A stretch of 64,000 bases of DNA from a bacterium (GTDB lineage Bacteria > Verrucomicrobiota > Verrucomicrobiia > Chthoniobacterales > UBA6821). Of the stretch, positions 39,003 to 48,559 are shown piece after piece. Position numbers and translations under genes: made by a program. Each line of letters opens with the position of its first letter. Position 1 is the stretch's first letter. Location: assembly GCA_037130175.1 (NCBI GenBank), contig JBAXTN010000001.1:34246-98245 (forward strand). Direction: 5' to 3'. A model generated the notes under the pieces. It worked only from the letters and a program-made list of their open reading frames with translations. It did no database searches and had not been told where the DNA came from.

Positions 39003-41537
39003 TTACTGGCGTCGATGCATGGACTGAAAGGGGCCTAGCGGAATTCTGATCATGTTCAGGAAGGAGATGCCTCCATACAGATTCAAGTTGTCTAGCATGC
39101 GGTAGATAAGAAGCTTCACAAAATCGAGAAGGAACATCCAGATGATGTTATAGACCCAGACCCAGACGATGAGCTTCCAGGGAAGCGAAGGAATGATACT
39201 TCCCACGCCAAATCCGCAAAGCAGAACCGCGACCACCTGTGTCCCGACAATCGCCAGAAAGAGCGTTTTCTGGGGAAAGGGAGGTTTCCAGAAAGCATGC
39301 GTGGTTCTTGTCAGGAAAAGCATCAGATGTCCCCCGGCGACGAGTTGCAGAAACATCATCGTCTGGATGTGGGGCTGGTCGAGCCGATGAAAATCCCGGG
39401 CGGCAAAAAACAGGCCAAAGGTTTCCACCACCGAGAAGATTCCCAATACCGAGGAGATGAAGAAGACTCTCGGCATGTCCCACTTCACCGGCTTCGGTGC
39501 CGCAGTGGCGTTATCATAGGCGATGGTCATTATGGGAAGGTCATCCAGAAGGGCCAGTGCAATGATCATGACGGCACTCAGGGGGAAAAATCCGTAGAAG
39601 ACGACCGCCGAGACGACAAAGAACATGATCGCAATCGTCATGGCCATTCGATAGAGCATGTAGCTCATCATCCGTTCAAAGATACGCCGCGCCTCCATGA
39701 TGCCGTCGATGATCACCGAGAGACCGGGGGCGGTAAGGATCAGGGCTGCGGCTGCGCGGGCGGCGTCGGTGGCTCCGGAGACGGCAATGCCGACATCGGC
39801 CTGCTTCAACGCCGGGGCGTCATTCACACCATCACCGGTCATGCCGACGATATGCCCAGCGGTCTGGAGTGCCTTCACAATGCCGTACTTATGCTCGGGG
39901 AAGACACGGGCAAATCCATCGGCTGCAATGATCCTCGCAGCTCCGTCACCGGTCAGCTCTCCATCCTTCGAATCGGCATCAAAGAGATCCGTGGCAAGCA
40001 GGATATTTGTTCCCATGCCGAGTTCGCCGGAGATCGTGCGTGCGATCGCCACATCGTCACCGGTGAGCATTTTCACCTGCACGCCGAGTTCCCTTGCCTG
40101 GGCGATGGTTTCCCTTGAATCGACACGGGGCGGATCGAGCAGAGGCAGGATGCCGAGGAACCGCCATGCCCCCGAGGCATCACTGCGGGCAGCCCCAAGC
40201 GCGCGCATCCCCTTGGCTGCCAGATCGGATACCTGAGTCTCGATACTTTGACGGTAGACATCGTCCAGAGCGCAGAGTGAAAGCACCACGGCAGGCATCC
40301 CCTTGGTCGTATGAAACTGCTTTCCAGAGGCATCCTCCAAGGTTGCCTCGGTGCGTTTACTCACCGGATCAAAGGGGACAAAGGCCACCTGCTTGAAGCT
40401 TCGCAGCACCGAGCGATCCGTCAACCCGGCCATAATGGCAAGATCGATGGGATCATTATCCTCAGCCTTGGAGGCAAGCGAGGCGGAGAGAATAAGCTCC
40501 TGGGCGGTCGTCCCGTCCCAGGGAAGCGGATCGCCGAGAGTCAGTTTGTTCTGTGTCAATGTCCCGGTCTTGTCCGAGCAGAGAATATCGATTCCGGCCA
40601 ACTCCTCGATGGCATCAAGGCGCGAGACGATGGCCTTTTTAGTGGCCAGCACCTTGGCACCCATGGCCATCGTCACCGAGAGAACTGCCGGGGTCGTGAA
40701 CGGAACAGCCGCCACCAGAAGCACCAAGACATATTCCGCCAGTCTCAGGAGATTGTGCTGCGTGAAATGTCCCCGCATGCAGTGGAGCTGATCCACGATC
40801 AGAATGGCGGCGAGGGCCAGCGTGAGAAGGATCAGAAAATTTCCGATTCCAACAACCGCCGCCTGGAAATGAGACTTTGCTCCGGCTGTGGCAACCAGCT
40901 TTGCAGTGCGTCCGAAGAAGGTGTTCCCTCCGGTCGTGGTGAGGACTGCCGTCATCTCGCCTTTTTTCGCAATGGAGCCAGCATAGACAGTGTCTCCGGG
41001 TAACTTGTTCACCGCCAAGGATTCTCCCGTAAGGGCTGCCTGATCCACATCGAGATAGTCACCCTCCAGCAACACTCCATCTGCCGGGATCACATCCCCG
41101 AGTCTGATGCGAATGATGTCACCGGCCACCAGATCCTTGGCCGGAATATTATCCCACTTCCCGTCGCGCAGAACCTTCGCCACCAGCGCGAGGGAGTTCT
41201 TCAGTGCTGCCAGCGCATTTTTGGCGGCACTCTCCTCCCAGAAACCAAGCACCCCGTTAAAGATCAGCATGAACATGATGATGGAAAAATCGACCCAGTC
41301 GCGAATGAGGAGCGCCATCAGGGCAGGTGCTTCGACCATCCAAGGAAGAGGGCCCCAGAAATACCCCAGGAAGGCGATCAGGGCGCTGGACTGTTTCTCC
41401 TCGATCTCATTGGGACCATCCCTTAGCAGGCGTGCCCTGGCTTCATCACTCGAGAGTCCGACTGCTGGATCAACCTTGAGATCCTTCAAGATTTCAGCGG
41501 GAGATTTCGTGGGAACCGGCGAATTTTGCGCATTCAT
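39003..41537 (-). CDS. P3A-type plasma-membrane proton-efflux P-type ATPase
   Basis: FWGPLPWMVE, DQAALTGES, CSDKTGTLT, PFDPVSKRT, DPPR, GDGVNDAPALK, ALLDDLPIMTIAYD. Confidence 0.9.
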   Translation of the reverse strand: MNAQNSPVPTKSPAEILKDLKVDPAVGLSSDEARARLLRDGPNEIEEKQSSALIAFLGYFWGPLPWMVEAPALMALLIRDWVDFSIIMFMLIFNGVLGFWEESAAKNALAALKNSLALVAKVLRDGKWDNIPAKDLVAGDIIRIRLGDVIPADGVLLEGDYLDVDQAALTGESLAVNKLPGDTVYAGSIAKKGEMTAVLTTTGGNTFFGRTAKLVATAGAKSHFQAAVVGIGNFLILLTLALAAILIVDQLHCMRGHFTQHNLLRLAEYVLVLLVAAVPFTTPAVLSVTMAMGAKVLATKKAIVSRLDAIEELAGIDILCSDKTGTLTQNKLTLGDPLPWDGTTAQELILSASLASKAEDNDPIDLAIMAGLTDRSVLRSFKQVAFVPFDPVSKRTEATLEDASGKQFHTTKGMPAVVLSLCALDDVYRQSIETQVSDLAAKGMRALGAARSDASGAWRFLGILPLLDPPRVDSRETIAQARELGVQVKMLTGDDVAIARTISGELGMGTNILLATDLFDADSKDGELTGDGAARIIAADGFARVFPEHKYGIVKALQTAGHIVGMTGDGVNDAPALKQADVGIAVSGATDAARAAAALILTAPGLSVIIDGIMEARRIFERMMSYMLYRMAMTIAIMFFVVSAVVFYGFFPLSAVMIIALALLDDLPIMTIAYDNATAAPKPVKWDMPRVFFISSVLGIFSVVETFGLFFAARDFHRLDQPHIQTMMFLQLVAGGHLMLFLTRTTHAFWKPPFPQKTLFLAIVGTQVVAVLLCGFGVGSIIPSLPWKLIVWVWVYNIIWMFLLDFVKLLIYRMLDNLNLYGGISFLNMIRIPLGPFQSMHRRQ

Positions 41538-41716
41538 GGGGAGATGAGTTTTCCCCACTAAACCAGAAGAATCTTAAAACAAGCTATGGAACGGAGGGGA
41601 TAGGACAGAAATGTAGGGAAGGAAAGAAGAGGCATCAAGCCTCCTCACTAAGAGTCCCTCTATCTTTGTGCAGAGATGAATATATCCCAGTCACCCCAAC
41701 GAGTTCAGTGCTGATC

Positions 41717-41752
41717 GCATCTTGACAGCAGATATTAATGATGCTTTGATGC
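41717..41752 (+). promoter_or_regulatory. Putative vapBC promoter with GCATC/GATGC operator repeats
   Basis: TTGACA (41722-41727), 17-nt spacer, TTTGAT (41745-41750) preceded by TGn; GCATC...GATGC inverted repeat and tandem TGATGC. Confidence 0.55.
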
Positions 41753-41757
41753 CTTTT

Positions 41758-42027
41758 ATGAGAACCACAGTGACACTCGATTCCGATGTGGAGAGGATTC
41801 TTAGAGATGAGATCCACCGCTCCAGAAAGAGCTTCAAGCAGATCCTCAACGATGCTGTAAGGTCAGCACTCAAACCAAAATCCCGCGAACTTCCAAAACT
41901 CCTCCCTCCTGTATCGATGGGGATCATGCCCGGGATCGATCCCGTGCGACTTACCGATTTGGCAGATGAACTCGAGGCAGAGACATACCGATCTTTATCC
42001 ACTGCCAAGCAGGAAACGCCCCGGTGA
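41758..42027 (+). CDS. vapB: VapB antitoxin (RHH/CopG-like)
   Basis: MRTTVTLDSDV...SFKQILNDAVR...LADELE; overlaps the toxin start (GTGA). Confidence 0.85.
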   Translation: MRTTVTLDSDVERILRDEIHRSRKSFKQILNDAVRSALKPKSRELPKLLPPVSMGIMPGIDPVRLTDLADELEAETYRSLSTAKQETPR

Positions 42028-42455
42028 TTCTCCCGGATGCCAATTTGCTGCTCCATGCGCTAAACGCCGACAGCGCCGACCACACCGCAGCCAGGGACTG
42101 GTGGGAGAACCTGCTGCTGGAGGAACAGGAAATCGGACTCTGTTCCGTGGTTCTATTTGCCTTTGTTAGAATCAGCACTCACCGCATTGCTTTTCCGAAA
42201 CCCCTCACGGTGAAGCTGGCTTTTGATCACGTGGAGAACTGGCTTTCATTTCCCTCCGTCTCCTGGATCGACTCCACTCTGGAAGACCTGACCGTGGCCC
42301 GCCGTCTCCTCCAAAGAGCAGGAACCGGTGGCAACCTCGTCACCGATGCACAGATCGCGGCCATCTCCATGCGGTTGAGTGCTACCATCCACACAGCGGA
42401 TACCGACTTCGCACGCTTTCCAGAGATCCGTTGGAAAAATCCGCTGAGTTCCTGA
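42024..42455 (+). CDS. vapC: VapC PIN-domain ribonuclease toxin
   Basis: ILPDANLLLHA, FVRIST, GNLVTDAQIAA, HTADTDFARF. Confidence 0.92.
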   Translation: MILPDANLLLHALNADSADHTAARDWWENLLLEEQEIGLCSVVLFAFVRISTHRIAFPKPLTVKLAFDHVENWLSFPSVSWIDSTLEDLTVARRLLQRAGTGGNLVTDAQIAAISMRLSATIHTADTDFARFPEIRWKNPLSS

Positions 42456-42467
42456 GTTCCATATTAA
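42444..42467. repeat. 9-mer repeat arm overlapping the vapC stop
   Basis: CTGAGTTCCTGAGTTCCATATTAA; TTCCATATTAA is identical to 7770-7780 and the arm is near-complementary to 7638-7662. Confidence 0.65.
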
Positions 42468-43304
42468 TCATTCCCTCTTCACCGGCTTCTTAGGCCCGGC
42501 ACCCATCCGGATGGCGGTACGAATCAGGGGAAAGGGAAGCAGGCGGGAACCTCGCACAAGGAGAGCGAGGAGTTTGTTTGGGATCACGCCCGGCTTGTCT
42601 TTAGCAAGTCCCAGCAGCGCAGCCCTGACAACTTCCTCTGCCGTCGTAGCAAGGGCCGGATGTGCTCTATCCATGGCGCGGATGGTTTCACCGGGACGGC
42701 TTGCCACCTTAAAGAACTCTGTGGGCACAGGGCCGGGACAGAGTGCTGTGACGATGATTCCCTCTGGAGCCATCTCCATGCGGAGCGCCTCGCTGAAGCT
42801 GGTCACATACGCCTTGGTCGCGGCATAGACGGCCATCTCCGGCAGTGGATAGAATCCGGCCACTGAGCTGACATTCAGAATTGCAGAAGGTTGCCCGGCT
42901 CTCAGCATCGGCAGCAAAAGGTGTGTGACATGAGTCAGAGCGATGATATTCACATCAAGCATTGGGGAGAGCCTCTCCCAAGGAGCCGTGTCAAAAGGGC
43001 CGAGATCCCCAAGACCGGCATTGTTGACTAGTAGATTGATGGGAATTTCATCACGCACCACCCATGCGGCAAGTCGTCCCCTTTCGGATGCGAGTGACAG
43101 ATCGGCTTTGAAACAATCCACCTGAAGGCTTGGCCTCTTCGATCTTAACGAGGATGCCAACTCCGTCAGACGATCTTCCCTGCGTCCTACTAGAACGATC
43201 CGAGAGGCTTTCGCCGCCAACTGCCTGGCAAACTCGGCCCCAAGACCGGCACTAGCTCCCGTGATCAGAGCGGTGCAGTTGGAAATGGTGAAGGTGGATT
43301 TCAT
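42468..43304 (-). CDS. Short-chain dehydrogenase/reductase
   Basis: TGASAGLG, NNAG, YAATKA, LCPGPVPTEF. Confidence 0.9.
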   Translation of the reverse strand: MKSTFTISNCTALITGASAGLGAEFARQLAAKASRIVLVGRREDRLTELASSLRSKRPSLQVDCFKADLSLASERGRLAAWVVRDEIPINLLVNNAGLGDLGPFDTAPWERLSPMLDVNIIALTHVTHLLLPMLRAGQPSAILNVSSVAGFYPLPEMAVYAATKAYVTSFSEALRMEMAPEGIIVTALCPGPVPTEFFKVASRPGETIRAMDRAHPALATTAEEVVRAALLGLAKDKPGVIPNKLLALLVRGSRLLPFPLIRTAIRMGAGPKKPVKRE

Positions 43305-44905
43305 TGTGATGGATGGTTCTGGAGGAGCATGTTCGTTTTGAAAATCTCACGCAGCGGATGTTCGTCGAGCACATTCGCCTCGATGCCTCCGACGCGCTTG
43401 GGATCGTAGAGCTGAATGCCGACATAAAAGAAAATCGGTGCAATCGGAGACTCCTCGCGTACAAGGAGTTCCTCGGCATGGCGAAGGATCTCAAACCGTT
43501 TGATCGCATTCCTCTCCGCAGCCGCTTCATTGATTAATTTGTCATACTTCGGATCACTCCATCCGGTGCGGTTGTTGCCGCTGCCCGAGAGAAAGAGGTC
43601 GAGGAAGGTATTGGGATCAGGATAATCCCCCACCCAACTGGACCGGGCGATCCCGTAGTCCAGCGAGCCAAGAGAGTTGAGGTAGACCTTCCATTCCTGC
43701 CGGGCAAGCTGAACACTCACGCCCAGCTGTTCCTTCCACATCGACTGCAACTCCACGGCAACTCCTTCATTGAGCTCTCCCTCGCTGTAGAGATAGGTCG
43801 TCAATGGAAACCCCTTGCCACCGGGATAGCCTGCCTCAGCCAGCAAACGCCTTGCCTCATCGGCCTTTTCAGCCAATCCACCCGGGGGGCTGTAACCGGG
43901 TATGCCGGGAGGAACGAAGCTCAGCGCAGTCGATTCACCCGCTCTTGTGATCTTGGTGGTGATCCTCTTTCGATCCAGTGCCATGGAGAATGCCTTGCGC
44001 ACGCGCGGATCGGAGAAGGGAGGCTTGGAACAGTTGAATCTCAGGAAGTAGGATCCAAGGAATGGTGCGGCATGAAAATCAGGGCGCACCTTTAGAGCAT
44101 CCAGAAGAGATGGTGGGGCCAGGCCCTTGTCCATTATGAGATCGGCCTGTCCTGCCGCATAGAAATTGTAGGCAACATTGGCCTGACTGATCGGCAGAAC
44201 CTGGATACTACGGAGCTGAACCGTGGCATGATCCCAATAAAGCGGATTTTTTTTGAGTATAACGCTGTCGTTAATCTTCCAAGCATCTAGTAAAAAGGCT
44301 CCGTTACCGACGAGTTTCCCCGGCTTCACCCAGTCGTCACCAAACTTGGCGATGAGATCCGTGCGCACCGGATAGAGCGTGGGAAATGCGCAGAGGTCGA
44401 GAAAATAGGTAGTCGGTTGTCTGAGTGTCACGCGAAGCGTCAAATCATCAACCGCCCTTGCCCCCACCGTTGAAAAATCCTTTGATTTGCCATTGGCGAA
44501 GTCCTCGGCCCCGACGACGGAAAAGAGCTGATAACTATAAGCCGAGGCAGTTGCCGGATCGAGGGTGCGCTGCCACGAGTTGACAAAATCGCCAGCAGAG
44601 ACTTTTTTTCCATCACTCCATCGGGCATTGGGACGCAGATGGAAAGTATAGTTGAGGCCGTCAGGTGAAATCTCCCAGGAAGCTGCAACGCCCGGCACAG
44701 CATGGCCTTTTTTATCAAAGCGAAGCAATCCCTCGAAGAGGGCATTCACAATGCGGCCCTCGGGCTGACCCGTGATCACAGCTGGATCCAGCGTTTCCGG
44801 TTCCGCGCCGTTGATAAAGACAAGATCAGCCCTTTTACCCGCCGGAGAACAACCGGAGAAAAGCAAAAGAAGAAGCAGCAAAAAAGTCAGCGATTGTCTT
44901 ATCAT
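43301..44905 (-). CDS. OppA-like peptide ABC transporter substrate-binding lipoprotein
   Basis: Lipobox FSGC, EPETLDP, LFEGL, WSDG, WVGDYPDP; likely start ATG at 44905. Confidence 0.9.
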   Translation of the reverse strand: MIRQSLTFLLLLLLLFSGCSPAGKRADLVFINGAEPETLDPAVITGQPEGRIVNALFEGLLRFDKKGHAVPGVAASWEISPDGLNYTFHLRPNARWSDGKKVSAGDFVNSWQRTLDPATASAYSYQLFSVVGAEDFANGKSKDFSTVGARAVDDLTLRVTLRQPTTYFLDLCAFPTLYPVRTDLIAKFGDDWVKPGKLVGNGAFLLDAWKINDSVILKKNPLYWDHATVQLRSIQVLPISQANVAYNFYAAGQADLIMDKGLAPPSLLDALKVRPDFHAAPFLGSYFLRFNCSKPPFSDPRVRKAFSMALDRKRITTKITRAGESTALSFVPPGIPGYSPPGGLAEKADEARRLLAEAGYPGGKGFPLTTYLYSEGELNEGVAVELQSMWKEQLGVSVQLARQEWKVYLNSLGSLDYGIARSSWVGDYPDPNTFLDLFLSGSGNNRTGWSDPKYDKLINEAAAERNAIKRFEILRHAEELLVREESPIAPIFFYVGIQLYDPKRVGGIEANVLDEHPLREIFKTNMLLQNHPSQ

Positions 44906-45051
44906 TCGCAGGATGTTCCGAATTTTAAAATGAGACTCAGAATGAGCAAAAGACCTGAGGGAATAGGGTTTTTCGGAAGCACCTGACCACTTGCCTGTAT
45001 CTTCGGACATTCCTTTGATCCTTGTGCATGTTGTGGACGATGATTTTTCCG

Positions 45052-46047
45052 TTATGGAAGCGGCACGGAATTCGTACAGGGAAGACCCAAGGCAAACTCC
45101 ATCAGGCTCTGCATCGTCGTCTCCGCGATATTACGAAGTGCCCGATCTGTCAAAAATGCCTGATGTCCCGTCACGATGACATTTGGAAAAGTCAGCAAAC
45201 GGGCAAAAGTGTCGTCATTGATGATATCCGAGGAACGATCCTCGAAAAAAAGTGACGCCTCCTCCTCATAGACATCAATGGCAAGGAATCCGACTTTGCG
45301 ATCCTTCAGGGCTTCCACCACGGCAGGGGTGTCCAGCAGGGCACCACGGCTTGTATTGATGATAAAGACCCCCTTCTTCATCATCTTGAGAGCATTGGCA
45401 TCCACCAAGTGAAAGGTAGAGGGCATCAGGGGTACATGCAGCGTCAGGATATCGCAAAACCTGAAAAGCTCCTCACGGGTATCCACATAGGAAGCACGGA
45501 GCATGACCTCCTCATTTGGCTCTTCATCGTACGCCAGAACTTTGCACCCGAATCCCGTCAGGAGTTGCACAACATTCGTTCCAATGCGACCCGTCCCATA
45601 GACACCGACCGTCCTGTCGCGAAGCTCAAACCCGCAGAGTCCCTCCAGGTTGAAATCGGCGCGTCTCACGCGGTTGTGGCCTTCATGAATATGGCGTCCG
45701 AGCGTCAGGATCAGGCCTATGGTAAACTCAGCCACCGCATTCGGCGAATAGGCCGGCACATAGGCAAGCTGTATGCCGAGTTCACGGGCCGCTTCACGGT
45801 CAATCTGATTGAACCCTGCACTGCGTGTCGCCAGAAATTTTACACCTCCCGCCGCAAGTTTCTCAAGCACGGCACGGTCAGCAACATCATTCACGAAGAT
45901 CAGGACTGCTTCATGTCCATTGGCCAACGGTGCGGTCTGCGCCTCAAGCCTGGGTTCAAAGAACGAAAAATCAATTCCCCTCCCCTCGGCGGCAGCTTCA
46001 AGAGAGCGCCTCTCATAGCGCTTGGTATTGAAGACGGCGACTTTCAT
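45052..46047 (-). CDS. ldhA: D-lactate dehydrogenase-like D-2-hydroxyacid dehydrogenase
   Basis: RSAGFN, VPAYSPNAVAE, GTGRIG, INTSRG, DVYEEE, TGHQAFLT. Confidence 0.85.
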   Translation of the reverse strand: MKVAVFNTKRYERRSLEAAAEGRGIDFSFFEPRLEAQTAPLANGHEAVLIFVNDVADRAVLEKLAAGGVKFLATRSAGFNQIDREAARELGIQLAYVPAYSPNAVAEFTIGLILTLGRHIHEGHNRVRRADFNLEGLCGFELRDRTVGVYGTGRIGTNVVQLLTGFGCKVLAYDEEPNEEVMLRASYVDTREELFRFCDILTLHVPLMPSTFHLVDANALKMMKKGVFIINTSRGALLDTPAVVEALKDRKVGFLAIDVYEEEASLFFEDRSSDIINDDTFARLLTFPNVIVTGHQAFLTDRALRNIAETTMQSLMEFALGLPCTNSVPLP

Positions 46048-46222
46048 CGATCAATCATGGATGGAAATGAGAATCGGTTCAATTAAGGAAGCACCGATTT
46101 GACCGCATCGGGATCCCTCCACGGCCTCGCTCATACAGTGTCACCAATGCCAGCCAATTCGTCTCTCCAATCAATCCACACCGCCAGAATCAGATCGTCG
46201 ACATCATCAAAGGATGTGCGGA

Positions 46223-47395
46223 TCACTCCTGTTGAAGCCGTTTCCTCGGCGTATCACCAAAACGATCATGCGCTTCATGCAGGATGGGCGGAAGTTGATC
46301 GCAGAGGGCGGCTATTGCGGATTGGTCAAACTCCGCGGCATTCCGACCAGGGAACCAATGACCACCGTTTCCGAGGAGGTTGTAACGGAGCTTGCCGTAG
46401 GTTTGCATATCAAAGGCACGGTCAAGCGACCAAAGCCGGATGATCTCCTGCAGATTGATCTCTCCGGGAACTTTTTCAAAAGGAGGCAACTCCTGATCCC
46501 AACGAGAGGGCATGGGCCAGCCGTTGATTTTTAAAAACTCCGCCTCCAGTCCTCCTGCAATATCCTGCAGCAAGGCTTCTGTCCCAGTCTCGGCGAGTAG
46601 GGGCAGCACCTTCATATGCTCGTCAAAATCGGATGGCTTCGAGGCTCCGATACTCAGGGTATGAACCTCGGTACGCAACAGGCAGTGGAGATCATTGAAG
46701 ACGATCGGTGAAAGCGGTGCAGTTAGGTTTCCTAGCTTCCCTGAGGGCTGGTGCAGACAGCCCCCCTTCTCGGTGGGACTGATGATGAAGACTCCCATGT
46801 CATGCCTCGTCGCCGCCTCCACCGCATTCCAGTTGGTTTGGTTCATGAAGTACCAGTGGAGATTCACATAATCAAAGACATCGCTCTCAATGATCTCACC
46901 GATCAAATCGCAACCCGCATGCGTTGAGAATCCGATAAAGGTTGCCCTCCCCTCATGCACGATCTGCCGCGCCGCTTCCAGCGCTCCACCGGGACGAATC
47001 GTCTCCTCCCAAAGCTCACTGTTATTGATCCCATGAACGGAGAGAAGATCGACATGCTCGAGCTGAAGGTTCCTCATCGACAGGTCGAATGTCGCACGAA
47101 ACCCTTCCGCCGAGGCTGGGGCGACCTTGGTCTGTACGATCATTTGATTCCTTGGCAGACTTGGAAGAATGCGGCCTAACTGTACTTCGGAGGTTCCATA
47201 GCCCCGGGCCGTTTCGATATGATTGATACCGAGATCCAGTGCACGACGAATGCAGTTCTCCAAATTAGCCTGCCCCTCTTCGGTGATGCCATCCGCCTCC
47301 TTGTCATTCCAGCTGTGCTGATAGCGCATTCCCCCGCAGGAGAAAATGGGCATGTCGAGACCGGTTCTTCCAAAGCGTCGTGTAATCATGGGCAT
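46223..47395 (-). CDS. Aldo/keto reductase family protein
   Basis: RRFGRTG, SCGGMR, NHIETARGYG, QTK, HGIN, GFSTH. Confidence 0.85.
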   Translation of the reverse strand: MPMITRRFGRTGLDMPIFSCGGMRYQHSWNDKEADGITEEGQANLENCIRRALDLGINHIETARGYGTSEVQLGRILPSLPRNQMIVQTKVAPASAEGFRATFDLSMRNLQLEHVDLLSVHGINNSELWEETIRPGGALEAARQIVHEGRATFIGFSTHAGCDLIGEIIESDVFDYVNLHWYFMNQTNWNAVEAATRHDMGVFIISPTEKGGCLHQPSGKLGNLTAPLSPIVFNDLHCLLRTEVHTLSIGASKPSDFDEHMKVLPLLAETGTEALLQDIAGGLEAEFLKINGWPMPSRWDQELPPFEKVPGEINLQEIIRLWSLDRAFDMQTYGKLRYNLLGNGGHWFPGRNAAEFDQSAIAALCDQLPPILHEAHDRFGDTPRKRLQQE

Positions 47396-47410
47396 GAGTA
47401 ATGTGAATGG

Positions 47411-48514
47411 CTAATCCAGCAGTTCAAAAATCGAGACGGATTCAATCTCGGCTGTTTGCGGGAACATATCGAGTGGAGTTACTTGCACGAGCCGATAGAA
47501 CTCCGAGAGTCGCTTTGCATCGCGGGCAAGAGTTGCCGGATCACACGAAACATAGACGATACGGGATGGAGGGTTCTCCAGAATCGCGTCTGTCACGACT
47601 TCCGCAAGACCCTCGGCAGGGGGATCAAGCAGAAGCACTATATTTTGTGAAGCACAGGCAGCAAGCGCATCAGGAAGCAGGTCCTCAACATTCCCGGCAT
47701 GATACTCCTCATTGACAGCACCCTGTCGCGAAGCCATGGCAACCGAGGCAACCGAGCGTTCGATGCCGATGACCTTGATAAAGAGATTGTGCAGTTCATG
47801 ACCAAAGAATCCCGCCCCGCTATAGGCGTCGATCAGCAATCCACCAGGTACTTCCTTGGGCTGCACGGCAGCCCTCACCGTCTCCTTCAAAATCTCCGCC
47901 ACGGCATTGTTAACCTGTCTGAATCCCCCATAACGCTTCTTTTCCCCGATCAGGGCATCCCCGGTCTGAGGACGCGACTTGATCAGCTCCTTGAGTCCTA
48001 AATTAACCTCCTCGGAGGCGATCAGACAGCGATCCACGGCAACTATGCGATTCGAACCCTCGGCATAGAACCCAACCACACCTTCCTTGAAATGAACCGA
48101 AATACGATTCCTGTAATGATAGGGTTGAGGTGATGGGAGCATGGTTTCAACGGGAGGTCTTTCCAAGCCACCCAACCTCCTGAGCGCTTCGCCCAGTTGC
48201 TTCTCTTTAAAGGCCAACTGATGGGAATAGGCAATATGCTGATAATTGCACCCGCCACATTTTAAAAAAACCGGACAGGGGGCATCGACCCGATGTGGAG
48301 AGGCTTCCAGAATTTCCAACAGTATGGCCTCCATATATCGGGCTTTTACCTTGATGAGGCGCACCCGAACCGTTTCTCCATCGATCACGCCGTGAACGAA
48401 ACAGGCGATACCATTGACCCGTCCAACCCCTTTACCACCAAATGCAAGATCGTTTATAGTGAGGGTGATTTCCTGGCCGGGTCGGAAAGAGGCCGAAGTT
48501 TCTGTTGTGGGCAT
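47411..48514 (-). CDS. TRAM-domain RNA m5U methyltransferase (RlmD/TrmA family)
   Basis: GGKGVGR, CPVFLKCGGC, YRNR, DAYSGAG, LLDPP, YVSCDPATLARD, DMFPQT. Confidence 0.9.
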   Translation of the reverse strand: MPTTETSASFRPGQEITLTINDLAFGGKGVGRVNGIACFVHGVIDGETVRVRLIKVKARYMEAILLEILEASPHRVDAPCPVFLKCGGCNYQHIAYSHQLAFKEKQLGEALRRLGGLERPPVETMLPSPQPYHYRNRISVHFKEGVVGFYAEGSNRIVAVDRCLIASEEVNLGLKELIKSRPQTGDALIGEKKRYGGFRQVNNAVAEILKETVRAAVQPKEVPGGLLIDAYSGAGFFGHELHNLFIKVIGIERSVASVAMASRQGAVNEEYHAGNVEDLLPDALAACASQNIVLLLDPPAEGLAEVVTDAILENPPSRIVYVSCDPATLARDAKRLSEFYRLVQVTPLDMFPQTAEIESVSIFELLD

Positions 48515-48559
48515 GACACAGCCTCGACGGATCTGGTAAAGCAGGGCAAAACAAAAAGA

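Noticed and set aside
46087..46222. Possible gene remnant between the AKR and D-LDH genes (FDDVDDLILAVWIDW...)
   Set aside because: Too short and no recognisable family
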